Source: Chitinophaga pinensis (GTDB lineage: Bacteria; Bacteroidota; Bacteroidia; UKL13-3). From it: a DNA stretch of 60,534 bases. The notes beneath the pieces are model-generated. The model ran no database searches, was not told where the DNA came from, and was given only the letters and a program-made list of their open reading frames with translations. The stretch spans positions 1 to 60,534 of the forward strand of contig CAMCJW010000001.1 of NCBI GenBank assembly GCA_945875195.1, given 5' to 3'. The translations under genes and the position numbers were made by a program. Of the stretch, positions 9,777-19,153 are shown in pieces. Every line of letters begins with the position of its first letter. Within the stretch, counting starts at the first letter, position 1.

Positions 9777-12422
9777 TTAAGAACTGCTTACCATGGTTCC
9801 AAATTCCATTTCACCTGCATCATCCATAGCTTTAAGTTTCATGATTTGATCCAAGGCATCTGGCACCACATCGCTACAAATTGTTATAAAACTATGTTTG
9901 GCTGCATTTTTAATGGCATAATCAATCGCTTCTGTTTCTTTTCTAAAAATACTCACCTTCTTATTGGGATCAACCTGAGATATCCCTTTCATCATAAGAT
10001 CAATAATTTCTTGCTCAGTTCTGCCCCTCAAATTTTTATCCTGCCTTATAATTATTTCCTCAAACATTTGTGCAGCTAGTATTCCAAGGGCGATTGTGTC
10101 TTCATCCCTTCTATCTCCAACTCCTGCAATAATTCCAACATGTTTGGCTTCAATTTTACTTAACATTTCTGCAATTGCTTCAAAGCCTGCAGCGTTATGG
10201 GCATAATCAACCATTACTTCAAAATTTCTGAACCTAAAAATATTCATCCTTCCGGGTGTTTGAGCTGGCCCTGGTATAAAGGTATGCAGAGCAGTGCGCA
10301 TGTCTTCAATTTTAAAATTCCTGATAAAACCAGCCAATAATGTTGGCAAAATATTTTGAATATTATAGCTAGCTCTGCCACCAAAAGTTAGCGGAATATT
10401 TGCTGCTTTTTCTACCCTAATTTTCCAGGTACCTTTACAAATAGTTACAAAGCCACTTTCATAAATAGCGGCTAAACCACCAGCCTTCATGTGTTCTTGA
10501 ACCAAAGAATTGTTTTCGTTCATGGTAAAATAAGCAACCTTGCATTTTAAATCTTTGGCCATGCCAGCGGTCCATTTGTTATCTGCATTTAAAATGGCAT
10601 AACCATTGGGCAATACACTATTTGGAACCACTGCCTTCACCCTTGCTAATTGATCAATGGTATCAATGTCTTGTAAGCCTAAATGGTCTTCAGTAATGTT
10701 TGTTACGATGGCCATATCACAATTGTGAAAGCCTAATCCTGAACGTAAAATTCCACCCCGTGCACATTCTAAAACAGCAAAATCTACAGTTGGGTCTTTT
10801 AAAACAAACTCTGCACTTACAGGACCCGTGCAATCTCCACGCATCATCATTTGGTTTTGAATGTAAACGCCATCAGTTGTTGTATAACCAACTTTGTAAC
10901 CCATGGTTTTTACCATATGTGCCATTAACCTTGTGGTGGTGGTTTTTCCATTTGTACCAGTTACAGCGATGATAGGAATTCGTGCTGAGCTACCTGTAGG
11001 ATAAAGCATATCAATTACTGGTTCGGCCACATTTCTTGGCAAGCCTTCAGCTGGATCAATGTGCATTCTAAAACCCGGAGCAGCATTTACTTCAAGTATA
11101 GCACCACCATTATTTTGTATTGGCTCACTTAAGCTCTCGGCCATAATATCTACACCACAAATATCTAAACCAATGATGCGGGCAATTCGCTCGCACATAA
11201 AAACATTATCGGGATGCACAAAATCTGTGATATCAGTTGCCGTTCCTCCAGTGCTCAAATTTGCAGTAGGTTTCAGCCATTGTTCCTCCCCTTCTGGCAA
11301 AACAGAATCTAGGGTTAGGCCCTTTTGAGTTAACATATCTAAAGTAAAACCATCAACTTTTATGCTGGTGAGTGTTTTTTCATGTCCAAATCCTCTACGT
11401 GGATCAAGGTTTGTTGTGTCTATTAACTCCTGAATGGTATGTTTGCCATCTCCCATAACTGCTGCTGGCTTGCGAATAGCAGCTGCAACAAATTTATAGT
11501 TGATAACCAAAACGCGGTGATCCAAACCTGTTATATACTTTTCTACAATTACACCCTTACCATACTTACGAGCTGCTTCTAAACCTTTTAATGCATCTTC
11601 CCAATTGGTTATATTTGTTGTTGCACCTTTGCCGTGATTTCCATTCACTGGTTTGGTAACAATGGGATATTTAATACTTTCGATTGCCGCTTCAAGGCCC
11701 TCTTCTGTATATACAATTCTTCCTTTAGGCACTGGAATTTGAGCTGCCTCTAATAAGTTTTTGGTTTCTTCTTTATCACAAGCAATATCAACGGCAATGC
11801 TGCCTGTTGTGCTCGCAATGGTTGCTCTTATGCGTTTTTGGTTCACCCCGTAACCTAGTTGCACCAAGGAGCTGTGATTTAAACGAATATATGGAATTCC
11901 TCTTGCTACTGCTTCATCTACAATGCTACCTGTGCTCGGACCAAGGCGCTCGTCTTCCCTAATTTCTCTTAAATTTTGAATGTCTTCGGCCAAATCATAA
12001 GGATTGCCATCAATTAGTGCCTCAGTTATTTTTACAGCTGCTTTGGCTGTATAAATACCTGCCTTTTCTTCCATATAACTAAATACCACATTATAAACTC
12101 CATGCTTACCTGTGCCTCGAGTTCTGCCATAACCACATTCCATGCCTGCAAGGGTTTGGAGCTCTAGGGCAATGTGCTCAATAACATGCCCCATCCAAGT
12201 ACCTTCCTCAACCCTACTAAAAAAACCACCAGGCAGTCCTACAGAACATCTGTGTGAAAACATGGTTGGAAACAAGGCCTCCAAACGCTCTTTAAATCCA
12301 TCAATTTTATTGGTCGGACGCTCCTCCATCTCCTCCAAATCTAATCGCATTTGGATTAATTTATGTCGGCGTACACTCCAATAATTGGGGCCACGCATTA
12401 CTTTTATATCAATTATTTTCAT
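9777..12422 (-). CDS. cphA: Cyanophycin synthetase
   Basis: MKIIDIKVMRGPNYWS N-terminus, ATP-grasp middle, and Mur-ligase-like domain with VTGTNGKTTT P-loop. The track ORF extends to 12464; ATG at 12422 gives the canonical start. Confidence 0.9.
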   Translation of the reverse strand: MKIIDIKVMRGPNYWSVRRHKLIQMRLDLEEMEERPTNKIDGFKERLEALFPTMFSHRCSVGLPGGFFSRVEEGTWMGHVIEHIALELQTLAGMECGYGRTRGTGKHGVYNVVFSYMEEKAGIYTAKAAVKITEALIDGNPYDLAEDIQNLREIREDERLGPSTGSIVDEAVARGIPYIRLNHSSLVQLGYGVNQKRIRATIASTTGSIAVDIACDKEETKNLLEAAQIPVPKGRIVYTEEGLEAAIESIKYPIVTKPVNGNHGKGATTNITNWEDALKGLEAARKYGKGVIVEKYITGLDHRVLVINYKFVAAAIRKPAAVMGDGKHTIQELIDTTNLDPRRGFGHEKTLTSIKVDGFTLDMLTQKGLTLDSVLPEGEEQWLKPTANLSTGGTATDITDFVHPDNVFMCERIARIIGLDICGVDIMAESLSEPIQNNGGAILEVNAAPGFRMHIDPAEGLPRNVAEPVIDMLYPTGSSARIPIIAVTGTNGKTTTTRLMAHMVKTMGYKVGYTTTDGVYIQNQMMMRGDCTGPVSAEFVLKDPTVDFAVLECARGGILRSGLGFHNCDMAIVTNITEDHLGLQDIDTIDQLARVKAVVPNSVLPNGYAILNADNKWTAGMAKDLKCKVAYFTMNENNSLVQEHMKAGGLAAIYESGFVTICKGTWKIRVEKAANIPLTFGGRASYNIQNILPTLLAGFIRNFKIEDMRTALHTFIPGPAQTPGRMNIFRFRNFEVMVDYAHNAAGFEAIAEMLSKIEAKHVGIIAGVGDRRDEDTIALGILAAQMFEEIIIRQDKNLRGRTEQEIIDLMMKGISQVDPNKKVSIFRKETEAIDYAIKNAAKHSFITICSDVVPDALDQIMKLKAMDDAGEMEFGTMVSSS

Positions 12423-12602
12423 AAGATTGTTGAGATGGTAATATATGCACAATATACCATTCACTATTTAAAATCAAAACACTCAGCTAAAATAATTAGT
12501 CGGCCTAAGTAATTTATGAATTTGCCGTTCTTTAGAATTCATATTTTTTTATACATTCGTGAAGCTATTAATTATACAAAAATCATAGACTAAAAATCAA
12601 AC

Positions 12603-14012
12603 TTGCTATTTAACTCTCTGCAATTTCTTCTTTTCTTTTTAATAGTTACCACAAGCTATTTTGCAATTTCACATAGATTTAGGTGGATTCTGTTGTTGGC
12701 ATCTAGTTGCTTTTTCTACATGTCTTTTATTCCCATTTATATCCTTATTTTAGGCTTTACAATTCTAATAGATTATTATGCTGGTATTTTGATTGAAGGG
12801 GCAAAAGGGAAAGCTAGGTTAATTTTTTTAATTGCAAGTCTTATAGCTAATATTGGGGTTTTAGCCGTTTTTAAATACTATAATTTTTTCTTTGAAAACA
12901 TTTCTTCTATTCTGTTATCTTTCAATTGGAGCAACCCCATCCCAGCATTAAAAATCATTCTTCCCATAGGGCTATCTTTTCATACATTTCAGGCAATGAG
13001 TTACACCATTGAAGTATACAGGGGCAATCAAAAAGCAGAAAGAAATTTTGGCATCTATTCTTTGTATGTGATGTTCTACCCTCAACTAGTTGCTGGTCCT
13101 ATTGAAAGGCCGCAAAATCTGATTCATCAATTTAAAGAAGAACATTTTTTTGATTTTGAACGTTTCAAAAGTGGGTTCACGCAAATGGCTTTTGGCTTAT
13201 TTAAAAAGGTGGTAATTGCAGATAGACTTTCGCTAGCAGTGGATTATTCATATGCAAACATTGGCACCCAATCTGGTTTATCCCTAATAATTGCAACAAC
13301 CTTCTATGCCTTTCAAATTTATTGCGATTTTTCTGGCTATTCAGACATGGCTATAGGTGCAGCACGCATTATGGGATTTAAGCTAATGGATAATTTCAAT
13401 ATGCCCTATTTTTCAAAGTCTGTATCAGAATTTTGGCAAAGGTGGCATATTTCTTTATCCGCTTGGTTCAAAGATTATTTATACATAAGCATTGGTGGAA
13501 ACCGTGTAAAGTTACCTCGTTGGATTTTTAACATTTTGTTGGTGTTTACCCTAAGTGGTTTATGGCATGGAGCCAGTTGGACTTTTATTTTATGGGGTGC
13601 AATTCATGGTGTGTTTTTAATTATTGCCAAGCTTAAAAACAGCATAATTGATAAGTTAAAATTATCAGTATTTAAGCATCGGTATTTCTTGATACCTAAC
13701 ATGCTTGTAACATTTGCACTTGTATGTTTTGCTTGGGTATTTTTCAGGGCAACATCAATAAACGATGGGCTTGAGGTAATCAAGAAAATGGCCCAATTTT
13801 CAGTTTACGACAACATTAGTTTATATTTTTATAGGTACGAGCTGCTATTTTGCTTTTTACTCATTGCATTTTTAATGGTGAAAGAAAAGTTATGGTTACA
13901 TATCAATACCCAAAAAAACAGCTACTTCTATGTAATCAATTTCATCGTACTATTTTCTTGTTATCTATTTGGTGTTTTTAACCAGAAACAATTTATTTAC
14001 TTCCAATTTTAA
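12603..14012 (+). CDS. MBOAT-family membrane O-acyltransferase (AlgI/DltB-like)
   Basis: Polytopic protein with (M)LFNSLQFLLFF N-terminus and FWQRWHISLSAWFKDYLYISIGGNR His block. TTG start. Confidence 0.85.
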   Translation: MLFNSLQFLLFFLIVTTSYFAISHRFRWILLLASSCFFYMSFIPIYILILGFTILIDYYAGILIEGAKGKARLIFLIASLIANIGVLAVFKYYNFFFENISSILLSFNWSNPIPALKIILPIGLSFHTFQAMSYTIEVYRGNQKAERNFGIYSLYVMFYPQLVAGPIERPQNLIHQFKEEHFFDFERFKSGFTQMAFGLFKKVVIADRLSLAVDYSYANIGTQSGLSLIIATTFYAFQIYCDFSGYSDMAIGAARIMGFKLMDNFNMPYFSKSVSEFWQRWHISLSAWFKDYLYISIGGNRVKLPRWIFNILLVFTLSGLWHGASWTFILWGAIHGVFLIIAKLKNSIIDKLKLSVFKHRYFLIPNMLVTFALVCFAWVFFRATSINDGLEVIKKMAQFSVYDNISLYFYRYELLFCFLLIAFLMVKEKLWLHINTQKNSYFYVINFIVLFSCYLFGVFNQKQFIYFQF

Positions 14013-14013
14013 C

Positions 14014-15093
14014 ATGAGAAAGTTTATTTCGTTTTTGATAATTGCGCTCTGTTTAGTTATTTATTATGGCAGCAATAGCGCAAAAATAACAGAACAATAC
14101 ACTGATTATAGAGAAAGGAGAACGCTGTTAGGTTCAGACAAAGTAGGCTATGGAGGATTGTATGGCATGTGTTACCTTTCTGATTACCGTTACCCTTTTT
14201 CTTATGATATAAAAGCAGCTAACGACACCCTAGAAAAAAACATTAACCTTTATCTTTTTTCGGATAGCTATTTGTATTATAGGGTTACCTCAAAGCATTT
14301 TTGTAATACAGATAAGCTATATAAAATGAAGTGGTTTGAAACCGAAACATTTTTAAAACAGGAGGCTCTTGATATAACAAAAAAAAATGTACTTGTATTT
14401 GAGATGACTGAAAGGTATGTGAGAATATTACTTGATAATTTTGATGGCGCAGCAAACATGTTGTCTATTGGCAAAAAAGCTGCCGAGGCGGCTCCCAATA
14501 ACGAAAACACAAATTCATACAATTTATTGGAGAAGTTACAAACCCCATTAATCAATCCTAATATCAATTCTAATTTGGAATTAAATTTGTTTGATTACAA
14601 ATTTTTTAGGCCATTAAAAGAGTTAAAAGCTAATTTAAATTATTACGTGTTTAATAGATTAAATGATGAAGTTTTTGTTGACACCGCATACAAACAATTG
14701 TATTATAAACCCACCGTTTCTGGAGAGCAGAAAATGAACGCATTTTACCCCGTTGATTCAGTAGAATTCAAAATTATTTGTACCACCATCAATAAACTAT
14801 ATGATTTGTATCAATCGAAAGGTTTTGATGAAATATATTTGGCCATCATACCCAACCCGGTTACAATTGTAAATCCAAATTTAGGCAACTATAATAACCT
14901 AATTCCTACTATCAATAAGGTTGACACTTTAAGAATGAAAATATTGGATATTTATAGCATTTTTAAACAGCATCCTTCTGCCTATTACGCTAAAAGCGAT
15001 TCACATTGGAATTCTGCTGGACTCCAGCTTTGGTTGGATGAGTTTAACAAAAGATTGAAGGTAATTTCAAAAAAAAATAGCAAAACTTCGTAA
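14014..15093 (+). CDS. AlgJ/AlgX-like SGNH-fold acyltransferase partner (DxHW motif)
   Basis: N-terminal anchor, FSDSY Ser block near the N-terminus and SDSHWNSAG near the C-terminus. ATG lies 2 nt after the MBOAT stop; the track start 13969 is inside the MBOAT gene. Confidence 0.55.
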   Translation: MRKFISFLIIALCLVIYYGSNSAKITEQYTDYRERRTLLGSDKVGYGGLYGMCYLSDYRYPFSYDIKAANDTLEKNINLYLFSDSYLYYRVTSKHFCNTDKLYKMKWFETETFLKQEALDITKKNVLVFEMTERYVRILLDNFDGAANMLSIGKKAAEAAPNNENTNSYNLLEKLQTPLINPNINSNLELNLFDYKFFRPLKELKANLNYYVFNRLNDEVFVDTAYKQLYYKPTVSGEQKMNAFYPVDSVEFKIICTTINKLYDLYQSKGFDEIYLAIIPNPVTIVNPNLGNYNNLIPTINKVDTLRMKILDIYSIFKQHPSAYYAKSDSHWNSAGLQLWLDEFNKRLKVISKKNSKTS

Positions 15094-15186
15094 TTTTTTC
15101 TTGCCAAGAATCATCGCTACCATTGGCATTTTTAAAGCAGTTTTTGCCTGTAAAAGTGCTTTTTTTCAAAAAATGATAACAAAAGT

Positions 15187-16119
15187 TTGTCAGATAGGTC
15201 GCGACCATTATATTGCACGGAATATCATATTAATTTAACATTGGAAAAACCAAAAGGAAAGCTCATCTCCATAGGTGGAGCAGAGGATAAAGGAACAGAT
15301 TTGGAGCAGGGATTTGTGCAAAGAAATAGGCTTAATTTTTTTGAATTAGGGATCCTAAAGCGCATAGTTGTTGAGGTTGGAGGAACAGAAAAGCGCATTG
15401 AAGTAATTACTACAGCATCTTCTATTCCAGAAGAAGTGGGTGAAAATTATGTAGATGCGTTTGGTAAAATTGGCTGTAATAACGTTGGTATTATGCCCAT
15501 TCGCAATAGGCAAGATGCAGCTCAAGAAGAATATATTAATAGGATCAAAACGTGCAACGGTGTTATGTTTAGCGGTGGCGATCAATTAAGATTAACCAGC
15601 ATTTTTGGAGGAACAGAAATTTATCAAATTTTACATGATAGGTTAATCGCCGAAGAAAATTTTGTAATCGCAGGCACAAGCGCAGGTGCAATGGCCATGA
15701 GCAATACCATGATTTACCAAGGCAAAAGTGATTTAGCCCATTTAAAAGGTGAAGTAAAAATAACAACAGGTTTAGCTTTTGTTGCCAATGTAATTATCGA
15801 CTCACATTTTGATAAGCGCGGGCGTTTTAATCGCTTAGCGCAAGCAGTTGCGAGTAACCCTCAATGCACAGGAATTGGCCTTGGCGAAGATACTGGTGTA
15901 GTAATTACCGAAGGAAACCAATTAGAAGTAGTAGGCAGCGGTGCAGTGGTAATTGTAGATGGCAAAGACATTCGTCATTCAAATATTACAGATATTTCTG
16001 AAGGTGCGCCCATTTCTATTGAAGGATTAAAAGTAAATATTCTTGTAAAGGGCAATGGTTATTTACTTAAAGAAAGAAAGTTTCAAGAAGTTGCTTTAGT
16101 AGAAGAGGTTCACCAATAA
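15187..16119 (+). CDS. cphB: Cyanophycinase (peptidase S51)
   Basis: LISIGGAEDKG, FSGGDQLRL and nucleophile block AGTSAGAMAM. No signal peptide, so intracellular type. Only TTG starts are available; in-frame TTG 15241 would give a canonical-length N-terminus. Confidence 0.85.
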   Translation: MSDRSRPLYCTEYHINLTLEKPKGKLISIGGAEDKGTDLEQGFVQRNRLNFFELGILKRIVVEVGGTEKRIEVITTASSIPEEVGENYVDAFGKIGCNNVGIMPIRNRQDAAQEEYINRIKTCNGVMFSGGDQLRLTSIFGGTEIYQILHDRLIAEENFVIAGTSAGAMAMSNTMIYQGKSDLAHLKGEVKITTGLAFVANVIIDSHFDKRGRFNRLAQAVASNPQCTGIGLGEDTGVVITEGNQLEVVGSGAVVIVDGKDIRHSNITDISEGAPISIEGLKVNILVKGNGYLLKERKFQEVALVEEVHQ

Positions 16120-16130
16120 CAAAATAACCA

Positions 16131-16295
16131 ATGCATATTTTAAGTGATTCTGATATTGAAATAAGAGAAGAATTCCAATCCTTTATTGCCGAAATTCCAG
16201 AACTCCCGGGTTGTTCTGCAAGTGGAATTACAGCGCATGAAGCCATTGAAAATTTGAAGTTTGCCTTAACAGAATTAGGTATTAACTATTCTTGA
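16131..16295 (+). CDS. HicB/UPF0150-like small protein (54 aa), absent from the ORF track
   Basis: Hand translation: MHILSDSDIEIREEFQSFIAEIPELPGCSASGITAHEAIENLKFALTELGINYS. The xPELPGCxxxGxTxxEAxxN core is typical of HicB N-terminal-like domains. Confidence 0.55.
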   Translation: MHILSDSDIEIREEFQSFIAEIPELPGCSASGITAHEAIENLKFALTELGINYS

Positions 16296-16340
16296 TAATT
16301 AAATACCTTTTATTATCTTTGGATTGCCAATCATTTACGC

Positions 16341-16559
16341 ATGAAGAAGTCAATATCCTTATTCTTCCTCTCCCCTTTACTTTGCTATGCAAGCGGAATA
16401 ACAGGTTCTGCTGGCAATGAGCTGCTATATTTATACCTCATCCTTCTTGGCATTTTAGGCGTTTTTTTCGGTTTGAACCTAGCCATTAAGTTTGTTTGGC
16501 GTAAATACAAAAACTGGAAGTTTCAAAAGCAATACCCAGAGTTGGATGGGTTGTTTTAG
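16341..16559 (+). CDS. Small membrane protein, hypothetical
   Basis: 72 aa with a signal-like N-terminus and one further hydrophobic helix. No recognisable family. Confidence 0.3.
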   Translation: MKKSISLFFLSPLLCYASGITGSAGNELLYLYLILLGILGVFFGLNLAIKFVWRKYKNWKFQKQYPELDGLF

Positions 16560-17149
16560 GAATGAAGCCAATTCATTCTTGGAGACCCTGCAAGCCTTTC
16601 AAAATCTCGGTCATATTTGTTTAAACGGTGTATTTTAATGGCCTGCGCTATTTTTTCAACCCAAACCATACCTGCAGAAGAATAATAACCCTTGTTTATT
16701 TTCATTAGCCACTCCATGTAAGCCATATTTCCTTTCATAGAGGTGTAATATCCTTTTCGCTTTATGATGGTGCAAAAGTGGCCAAAAGAGGCCTCATCCG
16801 ACCTATAGCTTCTATACATTGAATGGTAATTAATGCCTTGACTAGGTAGGTGATTTTTGCCTTTAACACCAAAATGATTTTTTAGCATTCTGGTGTTTAA
16901 CCCCGATCCATGTCCGGATTCAATTAGCGCAATTCCTAAGATTACACTTGCTGGAATACCTGTTTGATCCGACAAACTTTGCGCTAAAGGAGCATAGTTA
17001 ACAATATATGAGTTGGCAGATTGGTTTCTGGTAAAGGCATATAGCGGAGCTATAAAACAGAACAGGGAAATGGTTATCCTTAGTTTTGCATTTTTCCAGT
17101 ACGGGTAAATACTAAGATTGTTGCGATATGTGGTTTCGGTTTGTTTCAA
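16556..17149 (-). CDS. Glucosaminidase-domain protein (GH73-like peptidoglycan hydrolase)
   Basis: SVILGIALIESGHGSG catalytic-Glu block and later YYSSAG.VWVEKI region. Confidence 0.7.
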   Translation of the reverse strand: MKQTETTYRNNLSIYPYWKNAKLRITISLFCFIAPLYAFTRNQSANSYIVNYAPLAQSLSDQTGIPASVILGIALIESGHGSGLNTRMLKNHFGVKGKNHLPSQGINYHSMYRSYRSDEASFGHFCTIIKRKGYYTSMKGNMAYMEWLMKINKGYYSSAGMVWVEKIAQAIKIHRLNKYDRDFERLAGSPRMNWLHS

Positions 17150-17374
17150 TTCTTAAAGAATTAATAGCACCGTTTCTACCCACAAAGTAAAATGAAAATT
17201 AGCCTAAGGCAATGCACAACCTTTTACAACTTGTCTCATAAAGTATTCAAAATGAATTTACTACAAATTTGTCGCACTCAGTGTAATGGTAAATTGGGTA
17301 TGGCTTGTATGCCATAAAGGAAGTTATTAGGGGATTTTAAAACCTAAAAAATATTCAAATTATAGCCCAAATAA

Positions 17375-18313
17375 TTATTTATAGATGGCCACTTCTGGGT
17401 TTTTACCTTCAAATTGCCAAGCTCTATACATACCTTCTGAGTTAAATGGCAACTCAATATTGCCAAAATAATCTATGGCAATTAGCCCTCCCTCACCACC
17501 AAATTTTACCAATTTGTCTTTAACAACAAAATCACAAGCCTCCTTTAAACTCATGCCTTTGTATTCTATTAAACACGAAATATCATAAGCTACAACTGCA
17601 CGTATAAAAAATTCACCATGACCAGTGCAAGAGATTGCACAAGTTTTATTGTTGGCATAAGTTCCTGCGCCAATCATTGGTGTATCGCCAATACGCCCAA
17701 AGCGCTTATTTGTCATGCCGCCAGTGCTTGTTGCCGCAGCCAGGTTTCCTTGTTTATCTAGCGCTACTGCTCCAACAGTGCCAAACTTCTTTTCGCCTTG
17801 TTCTGTTTTATCTGTATGATCCAATTGATAGGTATCACTATCCTTTACATCTTGCCATTGCTTATACCTTTCAACAGTATAAAAATAGGCATCATCTTCA
17901 AAAGTTAATCCGCACTTTTTGGCAAATAATTCTGCTTCACTACCAGCTAAAAAAACATGTCCAGATTTTTCCTTGATCAAACGTGCTAATGATACAGGAT
18001 TCTTTATGTTACTCACACCACTAACAGCACCAGCCTCTAGGTTCAAACCGCACATAATAGAAGCATCCATTTCATGTGTGCCTTTATTGGTAAAAACAGC
18101 ACCCTTACCAGCATTAAATAAAGGAAAGTTCTCTAAAGATATTACAGCTGCTTCTACAGCATCCAAACTGCTTCCACCGTTTTTAAGGATGTTTGAACCA
18201 ATTGATAATGCCTCAGATAAACCCAAACGATAATTGGCTTCCTTTTCTGGGGTCATTAAATAAGGCAATATGGTTCCAGCGCCACCATGAATGGCCATTG
18301 AAAAATTATTCAT
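17375..18313 (-). CDS. iaaA: Isoaspartyl peptidase / L-asparaginase (Ntn hydrolase)
   Basis: MAIHGGAG start, autoprocessing site FGTVGAVALD, and GGMTNKRFGRIGDTPMIGAG block. Confidence 0.85.
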   Translation of the reverse strand: MNNFSMAIHGGAGTILPYLMTPEKEANYRLGLSEALSIGSNILKNGGSSLDAVEAAVISLENFPLFNAGKGAVFTNKGTHEMDASIMCGLNLEAGAVSGVSNIKNPVSLARLIKEKSGHVFLAGSEAELFAKKCGLTFEDDAYFYTVERYKQWQDVKDSDTYQLDHTDKTEQGEKKFGTVGAVALDKQGNLAAATSTGGMTNKRFGRIGDTPMIGAGTYANNKTCAISCTGHGEFFIRAVVAYDISCLIEYKGMSLKEACDFVVKDKLVKFGGEGGLIAIDYFGNIELPFNSEGMYRAWQFEGKNPEVAIYK

Positions 18314-18334
18314 TCTGTAAACTACTTTATAAAA

Positions 18335-19099
18335 CTACCACTCGGCAGTAGGATCGTATCTAAAAACCTCACTCATTTCTTCCACCAAAGGAGAAAGATG
18401 ATTGGTGTGATTTCCAACTCTTCCGCCATATACTGGCTTCCAGGTTTCGGAACTAGGAATGCTAATACCTGCCTTTATAATATAAGGGGTAATGTTTGCT
18501 AACCATTTTTCTTGCAAGGTTTCTTCACCTTCAAAAATGCCCTCACCAATTAATAAGTCTTCATTTTTGCTTGGTTCAAACATACCTAAAGCATAATTCC
18601 AAGCTTCATTGAATGCTGCCTGCATGCGGTTATGGCTCTCCTCGTTGGCTGAACCTAGTTTTACAAACCAAGTATTGCCATGGAACACATGGTATTTTAA
18701 CTCACCTTTTACCTTGCGGGCAACTTTTGCCAAAGGTTCATAACTCGAATTTGCTAGCGCTTCAAATCTTAGTTGATCGGCATGGTCGAATAAAAAATGA
18801 CGCACCAAGCTAAAATCGTATTCGCCATTTGGCAATTCTACTAACTGTGAATTATGAAATTGATTTGCATTGCGCATAAACGCAACGGTATCTGGCTCTT
18901 GCTCGCCAAGCTCATTTAACAAAACGTATAATGCTTGAGCTTGCCCAATTTTATCTTGGGCCATGCTGCTAAATGAAATATCCTCTTCTAAAATTGGACC
19001 TAAACCTGTCCATTCACTATTGCGGTGACCAATTATTAAAAGGTCATCTGCCATTTTATAAAGCAATTCTTTGATTGCATCTGTTGTATTTTGATTCAT
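18335..19099 (-). CDS. paaC: 1,2-phenylacetyl-CoA epoxidase subunit C
   Basis: MADDLLIIGHRNSEWTGLGPILEEDISFSSMAQDKIGQAQALY matches the PaaC signature region. Confidence 0.8.
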   Translation of the reverse strand: MNQNTTDAIKELLYKMADDLLIIGHRNSEWTGLGPILEEDISFSSMAQDKIGQAQALYVLLNELGEQEPDTVAFMRNANQFHNSQLVELPNGEYDFSLVRHFLFDHADQLRFEALANSSYEPLAKVARKVKGELKYHVFHGNTWFVKLGSANEESHNRMQAAFNEAWNYALGMFEPSKNEDLLIGEGIFEGEETLQEKWLANITPYIIKAGISIPSSETWKPVYGGRVGNHTNHLSPLVEEMSEVFRYDPTAEW

Positions 19100-19153
19100 T
19101 TAATGTGCATTTACGCTGTTAAGAAACTCCAAAGTTGAAAAGATAAAAAAGTA

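Noticed and set aside
9732-12384. Plus-strand ORFs overlapping cphA (9732-10079, 10700-10972, 11059-11328, 12142-12384).
   Set aside because: They are antisense shadows of cyanophycin synthetase. Similar shadows inside paaA, iaaA, ppiD, the GT2 gene, the TBDR, M1 peptidase, GH13, CrtY::Blh and the DUF3050-like gene were dismissed for the same reason.
16131-16559. HicB-like ORF plus the following small ORF as a toxin-antitoxin pair.
   Set aside because: The neighbour is a signal-peptide/TM protein with no HicA-like features. A complete TA system is not supported.
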